Origin: Candidatus Desulfaltia sp.
Lineage (GTDB): Bacteria > Desulfobacterota > Desulfobacteria > Desulfobacterales > ETH-SRB1
Length of the DNA stretch: 64,000 nt
Reading direction: 5' to 3'
NCBI GenBank assembly: GCA_030656555.1
Contig: JAUSPN010000106.1
Span: 8,404 to 72,403 of the forward strand
This document shows, one piece after another, positions 26,082 to 33,995 of this stretch. The position numbers and the translations under genes are program-made. The notes under the pieces are model-generated. The model was not told the DNA's origin and did no database searches. It saw nothing but the letters and a program-made list of their open reading frames with translations. Position 1 is the first letter of the stretch. The number at the start of each line of letters is the position of its first letter.

Positions 26082-26956
26082 GAATCAGGGGCCAGGGGTC
26101 AGGGATTAGGGGGGAATATATCTTTCTTGCTATTATGCTGTTTTTTTGTTGCAGCACTGTTGTTGCAGCAGCGGATGTAAACGAGCTGATATTTCAGGGA
26201 GCTGACTATCATTACAAGGGGAATTTGGAAAAAGCTGTAAGCAGTTTTGAACAAGCGGTAAAACTTGATCCTGAAAATGAATATGCGCATAACCAGCTTG
26301 GCATCCTGTATGGGAAAAAAGACGAATTTGACAAAGCTTTCAGAGAATTTTTAACTGTTGCAGATATAGACAGGCAAAATACTTTCGCATTCTTGTGGCT
26401 TGGTATTCTTAACCTGCGTAAAGGGGAAATGAACCAGGCCTTTGAGATGTTTAATAAAATAATTCAAATTGATCCAAACAGCGCGGATGGTTACTATTTT
26501 CTTGGAACCATCTACAATTTCAGACGCAATCCTGTTATGGCTATCGAATATCTGAAAAAAGCGAGGAATGCCGATTCCGGAGAGGCAGACACCCATTTCA
26601 GGCTGGCAAAAGCCTTTCATAATGCGGATATGATCGCAAATGCATTACTTGAATATAACAAGACGCTAGAAATCAAACCTTCATATACAAAAGCGCTTAA
26701 TGAAATAGGGTGGATTTACTATAATACAGGGAAGAAAGAGGCAGCCATAGACCAGTGGAAAAAAACCCTGAAGATAAACAGCAAAGACAGTGATGCCGTT
26801 CTTAACCTTGCCAAGGTTTATAATGATTTTGCATGGGACGCTTTTACATCAGGGGGAAGAAAGGATGCATTAAAATACTGGCAAAAGACTCTTAACATAA
26901 ACCCAGACAATAAAGCAGCAAAGTATTATATTGAAAAATACGGTTCAGGAAAGTAA
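26078..26956 (+). CDS. Secreted TPR-repeat protein
   Basis: 292 aa. Signal-like FLAIMLFFCCSTVVAAA, then about 7 TPR units. The start overlaps the amidase stop. Confidence 0.75.
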   Translation: MRIRGQGSGIRGEYIFLAIMLFFCCSTVVAAADVNELIFQGADYHYKGNLEKAVSSFEQAVKLDPENEYAHNQLGILYGKKDEFDKAFREFLTVADIDRQNTFAFLWLGILNLRKGEMNQAFEMFNKIIQIDPNSADGYYFLGTIYNFRRNPVMAIEYLKKARNADSGEADTHFRLAKAFHNADMIANALLEYNKTLEIKPSYTKALNEIGWIYYNTGKKEAAIDQWKKTLKINSKDSDAVLNLAKVYNDFAWDAFTSGGRKDALKYWQKTLNINPDNKAAKYYIEKYGSGK

Positions 26957-27127
26957 ATTAAGCTTTAAGTATAATGAACTCGTAAAAAGTTTCGAAATTG
27001 TCATGCCGGACTTGATCCGGCATCCAGAACGCATTGAATTTACTGGACTCCGGTTTTCACCCGAGTGACGACTTTTTACGAATTCATCAAACATGACAAC
27101 CGAAAATTTACATCCCAAGGAGGTATT

Positions 27128-28012
27128 ATGAAAAAGTATGCAATTTTAGCAATAGTGTTTGTCGGGCTGCTTATCCTGCCCGCTTCTGTTTATTGTCAGC
27201 AATTTCAGGATTTGGTCGAACAGATCGGAACCGGCGACATTAACTGGACAAAGGGAATTATTCAGGCAAAGGGGATCGGAGTTCCGCCCGAAAAATATTA
27301 CGGCAAACCTCAAGCGCGTCCCATGGCGTTAAGAGCTGCAAAACTGGATGCTATGCGCAACCTTCTTGAAGTTACAAAAGGTGTGAGAATCAGTTCAACA
27401 ACCCTTGTAAAAGACTTTGCTATTACAAGCGATATAATTATGTCCCAGGTCGAGGGAATGGTTAAGGGGGCTCAGGTAGTCCATCAGGAATATATGTCGG
27501 ACGGCACGGTTGAAGTTATCATTCAAATGAGCTTGATGGGAGGGTTTGCTCAACTGATTCTTCCTGTGGAAATCAAGCAGGTTGAATCGATTACGCCTAT
27601 GCCGCCCGTTCAGAAAGAACCATTACCCCCTGTTGCCATGCCCGAAGCTCAGGCTCCAAAGCTTGTACCAGAAGTTTTTACAGGCATGGTAATTGATGCA
27701 AGAGGAATTAATGCAAGACCTGCAATGGCGCCGAAAATTCTTAACGAAAACGGCGAGGAAGTTTACGGATCGGCATATGTAAGCCGCGAGTTTGCTGTGC
27801 AACAAGGGATGAGCGGATATGCAAAGGATCTTACGGCCGCCCAGAGCAATCAAAGGGTTACAAACAGTCCTTTAACCGTTAAAGGGCTTAGAACCGAAGG
27901 ACATGGCCGTTCCGATATAATTATAAGCAATACAGATGCTTCCAGACTTCGAAGTGCTTCAGAGCATCTTTCATTCTTGAAAAAATGCCGTGTGATGATT
28001 GTGGTAGATTAG
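27128..28012 (+). CDS. LPP20-like secreted protein
   Basis: The track ORF starts at 27065 inside a repeat (TTFYEFIK). AAGGAGG precedes the ATG at 27128 (MKKYAILAIVF). RPMALRAAKLDAMRNLLEVTKGVRISSTTLVKDFAITSDIIMSQVEGMVKGA is LPP20-like. Confidence 0.6.
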   Translation: MKKYAILAIVFVGLLILPASVYCQQFQDLVEQIGTGDINWTKGIIQAKGIGVPPEKYYGKPQARPMALRAAKLDAMRNLLEVTKGVRISSTTLVKDFAITSDIIMSQVEGMVKGAQVVHQEYMSDGTVEVIIQMSLMGGFAQLILPVEIKQVESITPMPPVQKEPLPPVAMPEAQAPKLVPEVFTGMVIDARGINARPAMAPKILNENGEEVYGSAYVSREFAVQQGMSGYAKDLTAAQSNQRVTNSPLTVKGLRTEGHGRSDIIISNTDASRLRSASEHLSFLKKCRVMIVVD

Positions 28013-28046
28013 GCGAAAAGCTCAAAAAAATATTTAAGGAGGAATC

Positions 28047-29201
28047 ATGTTTGCTAAAAAGATATTTATTATGCTGGCTGCTATCAGCCTGCTTTTCCTT
28101 TACGCATGCGGACCAAAGGCAATGGCTCCGAAAGCTGAGCTGGATACGCCGGAGCACCATGTTGTCAACGGCAATAAGCTGATGAAGGCGGGCAAGATTG
28201 ATGTGGCATTTCGTGAATTCAACAGGGCAAAAGAGTTGAATCCGAAATTTTCACCGGCCTATGTGGGGCTCGGCCTTGTTGAGGGATTAAGAGCTGATTT
28301 TAATAACAGCCTTAAAACCATGAAAGAGGCAAGGAAATATGCACAGGGAGATGAGCAAAAAATAGCGGTTAATGTGGGGTTTATACGGCTTTATATAATG
28401 GGCAAGACAAATATTGATGAAAACTGGCTCAAGCTGGTTGAAGAGGAATTTGATAAAGCCGTGTTGATTTCCAAAGATGTTTCCGAACCATATTTCTATA
28501 TGGGTCTGGCCTATAAAATCTCTTATAAGTTCCGTCAGGCCGAGGACCAGTTTTCAAAAGTACTTGAATTAGGCAATGGATATATTGCAGAGGCTGATAA
28601 GGAATACGCTCTTGTTCAGAAAATCGAAAGAGCCATGCCCGGTTCAAAAATAGGGAAAAAGATCGCTCTTGTCGAAGAAATTACTCGCGCAGATGTTGCC
28701 GCCCTTTTTATTGAGGAACTTAAAGTTGATAAGATTTTTAAAAAAAGGTTTTCAAAAAAATTCGACAGCGCATTTAAAAGCCCTGAAAATAAATTGGAGA
28801 CTGAAACATCTGTAAAGATTCTACCGGCAACCGATATAGATGATCATGTGCTGAAGGCGGATATTGATGCTGTAATAGAAATAGAAATCAAGGGGCTTCA
28901 GCCTTTTCCGGATCACACCTATAAACCGTATCAGACTATAACCCGCGCGGAATTTGCAATGATGATAGAAGATATTCTCATAAAGCTCACCGGTGTTGAT
29001 GATCTGGCTACCAGGTTTATCGGAAGTGTTTCCCCTTTTCCGGATTTGAGAAATGATCTTCCGTATTTCAATGCTGTTATGATTTGCACTACCCGCGGCA
29101 TTATGGTGGCAAATCTTGCGACAGGAGAGTTTGACGCGATAGGTCCGGTTTCAGGCGCAGACGCTCTTTTAAGTATTCGCTCACTTAAATCTCAGCTATA
29201 G
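28047..29201 (+). CDS. Lipoprotein with TPR N-half and SLH-like C-half
   Basis: 384 aa. Lipobox LYACG. TPR block. Two ITRA(D/E)... segments (ITRADVAALFIEEL; ITRAEFAMMIEDIL) resemble S-layer-homology domains. Confidence 0.5.
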   Translation: MFAKKIFIMLAAISLLFLYACGPKAMAPKAELDTPEHHVVNGNKLMKAGKIDVAFREFNRAKELNPKFSPAYVGLGLVEGLRADFNNSLKTMKEARKYAQGDEQKIAVNVGFIRLYIMGKTNIDENWLKLVEEEFDKAVLISKDVSEPYFYMGLAYKISYKFRQAEDQFSKVLELGNGYIAEADKEYALVQKIERAMPGSKIGKKIALVEEITRADVAALFIEELKVDKIFKKRFSKKFDSAFKSPENKLETETSVKILPATDIDDHVLKADIDAVIEIEIKGLQPFPDHTYKPYQTITRAEFAMMIEDILIKLTGVDDLATRFIGSVSPFPDLRNDLPYFNAVMICTTRGIMVANLATGEFDAIGPVSGADALLSIRSLKSQL

Positions 29202-29202
29202 T

Positions 29203-29346
29203 AAGGATTAAGGGATAAAAGGATTAAAGGATTAAGGATTAAAAGGATTAAGATTAAGGGCTTGTTCGCAGAGGTTGTTAGTCCATTCAGCATTGGGCTG
29301 TCTTATTCATAACCCCATCTAATCCCTGCCCCTTAATCCTTACCCC
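29203..29346. repeat. Palindromic element with GGATTAA-type low-complexity arms
   Basis: Left arm taaggattaagggataaaaggattaaaggattaaggattaaaaggattaagattaaggg. Right arm ccccatctaatccctgccccttaatccttacccc. GGATTAA arms recur at 39889-39927 and 63701-63716. Confidence 0.7.
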
Positions 29347-29356
29347 AATTATTAAC

Positions 29357-30145
29357 TTGGAGTATATTATTATGAGGCTTATTATTAACAGGGCATTGCC
29401 TTTATTTTTTCTTTTTGTTCTTCTGTTTCCATTTTCCGTGCAGGCTAAAAACAATGCGCTTGAAATTGAAATACAAGGTGATATGGCGGAAATTACCCTG
29501 ATTGAAGGAAAGGTTGAGGTGATTAAAAAAGGGATAATAAAGCCTCAACCTTTAGCGCTTGGAGATTACGCTGCACATGGTGATCAAATCAGCACAAAAA
29601 AAGGCTCTAGAATAGAGCTTAAACTGCCCGATAACAGCCTGATACGTTTTGATGAACTTACAACCTTTGAGATTGTATCTGCTGAATTCGACAAAAATAC
29701 AAAACAAAGAGATATAAATGTAAACATGGTTTTAGGGAAAACATGGGCAAATGTATCAAAAATGTTAGGGCAAAAGGGACGTTTTGAGGTTTCAACAAAA
29801 ACAGCAGTGGCCGGTGTACGCGGCACTGTTTACAGGGTAAATGTTGCGGAAGACAACACTGTACTGGTTAAAGTTTACTGGGGCGAGGTTGGAGTAAGCA
29901 GCGCCCCAAAGCCGGATACTGCTTCGCAATCTCAGCAAATCATGAAACCTACCAGAGTTCTGGGGCCGCATCCGGTTGCCGGCCCGCATGCCGTGTCCAT
30001 GGAAGAATGGACATATATCATAAAGTCCATGCAGCAAATTGTTATCCGGCCTGACGGCACAGCCACAAAACCGATGCCGTTTCTTGCCAGCGAGGATTTA
30101 AACGACTGGGTGCGCTGGAATCAGGAGCGGGATAAGAAAAATTAA
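29357..30145 (+). CDS. FecR-domain secreted protein, paralogue of 16612..17346
   Basis: 262 aa with a signal peptide. GDQISTKKGSRIELKLPDNSLIRFDELT...AVAGVRGTVYRV. C-terminal GPHAVSMEEW...DLNDWVRWNQERD is shared with the paralogue. Confidence 0.7.
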   Translation: MEYIIMRLIINRALPLFFLFVLLFPFSVQAKNNALEIEIQGDMAEITLIEGKVEVIKKGIIKPQPLALGDYAAHGDQISTKKGSRIELKLPDNSLIRFDELTTFEIVSAEFDKNTKQRDINVNMVLGKTWANVSKMLGQKGRFEVSTKTAVAGVRGTVYRVNVAEDNTVLVKVYWGEVGVSSAPKPDTASQSQQIMKPTRVLGPHPVAGPHAVSMEEWTYIIKSMQQIVIRPDGTATKPMPFLASEDLNDWVRWNQERDKKN

Positions 30146-30204
30146 ACCACAAGCACACGAAGTAAGAAATCTTGGCATCACTGCGGAGCAAAGGGGGATT
30201 TTCA

Positions 30205-30450
30205 ATGCAGAACACAGGAGTGAAATTAGCTGAAATAAAAAGAAAGTTATCACGGCTTCCAGGTTCCAAGCTGGATGAAGTAAATAATTTTGTTGGTTTT
30301 CTCCTGTCTCGTAATAAGGAAGAGGGACGGAAAAATATCCATATGAGAGGTATATGGGCTGGAAAAGGTTTTGAAAAGATAGATGTTCGAAAAGAGATCA
30401 AATCGCTTAGAAAAGATATTTCAAAATCCATTTTAAAAAAAGGTAAATAA
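30205..30450 (+). CDS. Small antitoxin-like protein (DUF2281/VapB-like)
   Basis: An RBS-like aaggggga precedes the ATG at 30205. MQNTGVKLAEIKRKLSRLPGSKLDEVNNFVGFLLSRN. Sits 3 nt upstream of a PIN-like ORF. Confidence 0.45.
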   Translation: MQNTGVKLAEIKRKLSRLPGSKLDEVNNFVGFLLSRNKEEGRKNIHMRGIWAGKGFEKIDVRKEIKSLRKDISKSILKKGK

Positions 30451-30453
30451 GCA

Positions 30454-30744
30454 ATGGATTATCTCGCGGATACAGTTACAGTTATTCGGCATTTTTCCGG
30501 GGTGGGGCGTATTGGTCGGAAGGCAAAAACTATTTTAGAAGGTGTAGAAGAAGGGGATCATCATGATCTAAGAAAAAGAAGGCCAGAAGATCCAAACAAG
30601 ATAAACATTAATCAGCCTTGGGAGGTCAATCATTGGTGTTCTAAGTTTGGGGTATCAGTCGATATTTTGAAAAAAGCGGTAAAGGCTGCTGGTACTTCTG
30701 TTAATGAAGTTGAAAAAGGGCTGCGTTGTAATGGCCATATCTAA
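30454..30744 (+). CDS. Chimeric ORF: truncated PIN (VapC-like) N-terminus fused to a DUF3606-like C-terminus
   Basis: MDYLADTVTVIRHFSGVGRIGRKAKTILEGVEEGDHH matches only the first ~37 aa of PIN toxins. The rest (PEDPNKININQPWEVNHWCSKFGVSVDILKKAVKAAGTSVNEVEKGL) fits the DUF3606 pattern. Confidence 0.45.
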   Translation: MDYLADTVTVIRHFSGVGRIGRKAKTILEGVEEGDHHDLRKRRPEDPNKININQPWEVNHWCSKFGVSVDILKKAVKAAGTSVNEVEKGLRCNGHI

Positions 30745-30765
30745 ACATTAAAGAGGAGGAAGGAA

Positions 30766-31304
30766 ATGAGATTGAGTTTACGATACGCGGCTATCGCATT
30801 TGTTGTTGCTGTCTTGGCTATGGTAATCAGTGGTTGCAGCTCCAACCCTGAAGAAGTGGTGAAAAATGGTACGCTACAAATTGATTCGTCAGTCACTGTC
30901 GGCGATGCTTTGAATGGATACCAATACTTGATGACAGAGAGTGGAAATCATTTGAAGACCCCCAAAAGCGGCAGGTAGTCGAATTCAACGGCGCGGTGGA
31001 TTACGACAAATTCGCAGATACCGAGTTAGAAGGAATGCAACTTACATCCGATATGGTCAAAAAGGCCAAGCAAAAATTGGGAGACATTGCGATCACCTAT
31101 GAAGCTCAGTTCGCTGTTTCCAAGGATGGCAAGACTTTTGAGTTGAAATATAGCGGTATAAAGATGTCCGGCACCAACAAAGATACTGGCAAAAAGATGG
31201 ATCAAGATATCGCGGATGACAACTTCCTTATGATTCAACATATATACGCCAACAAGCCAGAACCTACGACCTGGGGTTTGCTGTTATCTGCTGGAAATCA
31301 ATAA
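30766..31304 (+). pseudogene. Lipoprotein gene split by a frameshift near 30926-30930
   Basis: ORF 30766..30978 has lipobox ISGCSS. The neighbouring frame is open from 30885 and reads LDDREWKSFEDPQKRQVVEFNGAVDYDKFADTE straight into ORF 30996..31304. Confidence 0.55.
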
Positions 31305-31479
31305 ACAAAAGTGAACGCCCAACCAGGCGCTGCACATTGACCGCAAGTGAGCTTGATCGACTTTCAAAGAAATTGACTCAGTTGCTGCATGAATACTACA
31401 AGAAAATATGCGCTTAAAAGTTCTTATCATACTAATGATGCTCACCATGTGTTTTTGCGGGAAACAATCGGGGGATGAA

Positions 31480-32403
31480 ATGGAAAACCAGAAAGAGTTG
31501 ATCGGTACGCCAGTGAAATCAGATAACCGGTTTACCCATCAAGCCAGAATGCTACAAGGATGGTACCGAGCAAATGTACTGAAACTTCCACAAGGACATG
31601 GCCCCACAAAAAACAGCAAAATGTTGTTACCCAATATGATTCCATCACAACCAAAAGTATTTCCTACCTACAATTTTCTCAATACAGCGATTTATCAAAC
31701 TGCAAATACCCGTCTTCAACGCAAAGATATTGGAGGTACGATTGAGGAGTTTAGACTTTTTCACAATATGCTTTCAAGTCAGCCAATGGCGTTTAATCTC
31801 TTTGCGCCTCTCGCACAAAATTTGAAATTAGCGTCTCAATTTTTCAGACAAATTTATCCTGATGTTCAACATGTAACAGAGATCATCATTGAATATGCAC
31901 CACTTCAAAACAACGAATATCTAGGAGACAGAACAGCATTTGATGTTTTTGTTGATTACAAAAACAACTTGAATCAACGTGGATTTATTGGGATAGAAGT
32001 GAAATATACTGAGACATTTTCACCTACAGAATATGAAAAAGCACGATATAAAGAATTGACTAATATGGCATCATCTCCGTTTTCAAAAGGAGCTGATGAA
32101 CTAAAACGATACAACCAACTTTGGAGAAATACCCTACTGGCTTATTCTCTGCTGGAGCACCCCAAATCTGAATACAAGCATGGTCATATTTTACTTGCTT
32201 ACATGAAAGAGGATGTGCATGTAGACAAAATGATCCCTGATTTTAAAAAATGCCTTAAGCAACCAGAGGTTTGGTTTCAAGCTCTTGATGTTAGAGATAT
32301 CATTAAAATATTACAAAATCTTTCTTTATCTGATGATGAAAAAAAATGGATAAATGAGTTTTCATTAAGATATTTAAGGTTTGATCTTGTTGAAGGTATT
32401 TAA
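31480..32403 (+). CDS. PD-(D/E)XK nuclease-superfamily-like protein (orphan)
   Basis: The track ORF starts at 31408, but GGGGGA precedes the ATG at 31480. Candidate catalytic pattern D(VFVDY)...GIEVKYTE (D...ExK). Also NMLSSQPMAFNLFAPL. Confidence 0.45.
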   Translation: MENQKELIGTPVKSDNRFTHQARMLQGWYRANVLKLPQGHGPTKNSKMLLPNMIPSQPKVFPTYNFLNTAIYQTANTRLQRKDIGGTIEEFRLFHNMLSSQPMAFNLFAPLAQNLKLASQFFRQIYPDVQHVTEIIIEYAPLQNNEYLGDRTAFDVFVDYKNNLNQRGFIGIEVKYTETFSPTEYEKARYKELTNMASSPFSKGADELKRYNQLWRNTLLAYSLLEHPKSEYKHGHILLAYMKEDVHVDKMIPDFKKCLKQPEVWFQALDVRDIIKILQNLSLSDDEKKWINEFSLRYLRFDLVEGI

Positions 32404-32579
32404 CGAAACTTAGGGTCAAATGGGGTCTGGCCGCGCCAACCAATTGATATAATGCGAATAGCCCCCAAAATTTAGTAGCTTTAATGCCCAATATTCGCCT
32501 TTTTGGGGTCAAAGTGGGCGTTTTAACGAGAGAGAATATCAAAAAAAGTGGAAGCTGATTTTACGTAGTAATTCAATAC

Positions 32580-32707
32580 ACCCAACAAGAAAATTAGAGC
32601 TGATCGGGGGATGCTACGGCAACAGTTAGATTATTGGCTTGGTAACGGTCAATTTATACCAAAGTTTATCGCGGCTCGTTCCCCGTCAGCTCAATTTAAT
32701 GTTAGCA
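32580..32707. other. attC-like imperfect palindrome (candidate integron cassette recombination site)
   Basis: ACCCAAC (RYYYAAC) aag aaaattagagctgatcgggg ...60 nt... ccccgtcagctcaattt aat GTTAGCA. The arms pair as 4+5+7+5 bp with two single-base bulges. Confidence 0.35.
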
Positions 32708-32732
32708 TCAACTAAACTAAGGAGGTAAAAAA

Positions 32733-32822
32733 ATGGTGGAAGAAAAACAAGTTCAGGAAACGTTTTTTCTTCAAGCAGAAATGGGGATATTAATCGTTGG
32801 AATTGGTCTATTGATAAGATAG
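32733..32822 (+). CDS. 29-aa hydrophobic micro-ORF with a strong RBS
   Basis: taaGGAGGtaaaaaaATG. MVEEKQVQETFFLQAEMGILIVGIGLLIR. Lies between two structured sites. Too short to verify. Confidence 0.25.
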   Translation: MVEEKQVQETFFLQAEMGILIVGIGLLIR

Positions 32823-32867
32823 GTAAAGAAAATGCAAAAATAAATATCGTTTGGACAAGGTGCTGCG

Positions 32868-32951
32868 CTTGACCGCAAGGGGCGCGGGCTCATTGCCCAT
32901 TGCGGTATTTGCTGTTACTTGTTGCATAGTTTGTCACCCCTTTGCGGCAAG
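32868..32951. repeat. Hairpin element; a collapsed copy lies at 31330-31356
   Basis: cttgaccgcaagggg (32868-32882) pairs with cccctttgcggcaag (32937-32951). The flanks gctgcgcttgaccgcaag / caagtgagcttgg recur at 31328-31356 without the inner ~66 bp. Confidence 0.5.
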
Positions 32952-33086
32952 TGAGCTTGGATTGGGCAGGACAGATAAGATTAACTGGCTTCTTTCAAAA
33001 TAATTTACTATAAGGATCACATAGGTATAGAGTAGTCTAATTAACGCTAATTAGTTGAATTAACGAAGATAAGGGAGGTATCAACT

Positions 33087-33458
33087 ATGAAAACAAAACG
33101 GTTCACCTTTTTTTGCTTAAGTATTTCTTTACTGTGCCTAATAATTTCATGTTCAGGGGCTATGAAATATGATGCATTGGCAGACGCATCGGCAGAAGCT
33201 GACGTGAAGAGTGCTTTTACCTGTGCTATGATTTATTTTATTGATTATCCAGATGGACAATTGAACTTGAATGAGCTTAATAAAGCGGGATTTAGCAAAA
33301 GTGAAGGCGTCATTATAACAATTGTTCAAGGTAGGTTTGATAATCTCTTAATCAGCAGCGAACATTCATCGGGAACCAAAATCTTCAAAACATTCAATGA
33401 TGGTAGGATAGAGAGTTCTGGACATATAGGGGACGTTCTTCACATTATAAGTTGCTGA
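33087..33458 (+). CDS. Small lipoprotein, function unknown
   Basis: 123 aa. RBS aagggagg. Lipobox LIISCSG. Confidence 0.4.
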   Translation: MKTKRFTFFCLSISLLCLIISCSGAMKYDALADASAEADVKSAFTCAMIYFIDYPDGQLNLNELNKAGFSKSEGVIITIVQGRFDNLLISSEHSSGTKIFKTFNDGRIESSGHIGDVLHIISC

Positions 33459-33610
33459 TGGATGGAACGAGTGATATAAGACTTCCGCCCTCGACTAATT
33501 AGACTTATTGCTATTTAACCGATAAAGCGTTGGTAACGTTCAAAAGTTGGACAATACAGCGGGACATCCATTGCAATATTGGTTGACAACTGATCGGTAG
33601 AGCAGGCGCC

Positions 33611-33663
33611 CATGACTTTATGGGTTCTCATTTTGTTTTCGGTCTTTTGCGGAGATTGCAAAT
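33611..33663. repeat. 53-bp direct repeat, copy 1 (flanks the relE/dinJ module)
   Basis: catgactttatgggttctcattttgttttcggtcttttgcggagattgcaaa. Copy 2 at 34380-34432 differs at 3 positions. Confidence 0.8.
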
Positions 33664-33719
33664 ATATATTTTCTCTGGTTTATTAAATTTCTTTTCTTTG
33701 GATTTGTTGGGTGGATATG

Positions 33720-33995
33720 TTATCCAAAAAGGTCTGAATGCGTACCGGTTCGCGTTAAATAAACGGTTTTGCTATCTGCTTTCCAGATTAGCAACCAATC
33801 AGGTTCAATATGACATTCGACATAACCTGAGTATTTGCCTTTTAAAGAATGAGGTTTATATTCCTGGGGTAGGGTGTCGCCTGATTGCAGTATTTCAATA
33901 ACTTTTTGAAGAGATTCTAAATTCTGGTTGCGCCTCTTCACTCGATTGATATCCTTAGAGAATCTTTTTGTCCATATCAGTTTCCGGGAGCTCAT
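33720..33995 (-). CDS. Type II toxin, YafQ/RelE family mRNA interferase
   Basis: 91 aa. FSKDINRVKRRNQNLESLQKVIEIL...HSLKGKYSGYVECHIEPDWLLIWK...VYLTRTGTHSDLF. Confidence 0.8.
   Translation of the reverse strand: MSSRKLIWTKRFSKDINRVKRRNQNLESLQKVIEILQSGDTLPQEYKPHSLKGKYSGYVECHIEPDWLLIWKADSKTVYLTRTGTHSDLFG

Noticed and set aside
31317-31390. GCCCAAC...GTTGCTG after the lipoprotein pseudogene, considered as a complete attC site.
   Set aside because: The sequence between the two boxes does not form the required imperfect palindrome. It looks like a collapsed copy of the 32868-32951 hairpin element, so it is kept only as context in the integron-like finding.
32405-32530. Direct repeats agggtcaaatgggg / ttggggtcaaagtgggcg reminiscent of the GGGGTCAA repeats in the IS21 ends, considered as a solo IS end or MITE.
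   Set aside because: No convincing inverted terminal pair or target duplication could be defined by eye, and the similarity is limited to about 9 nt.
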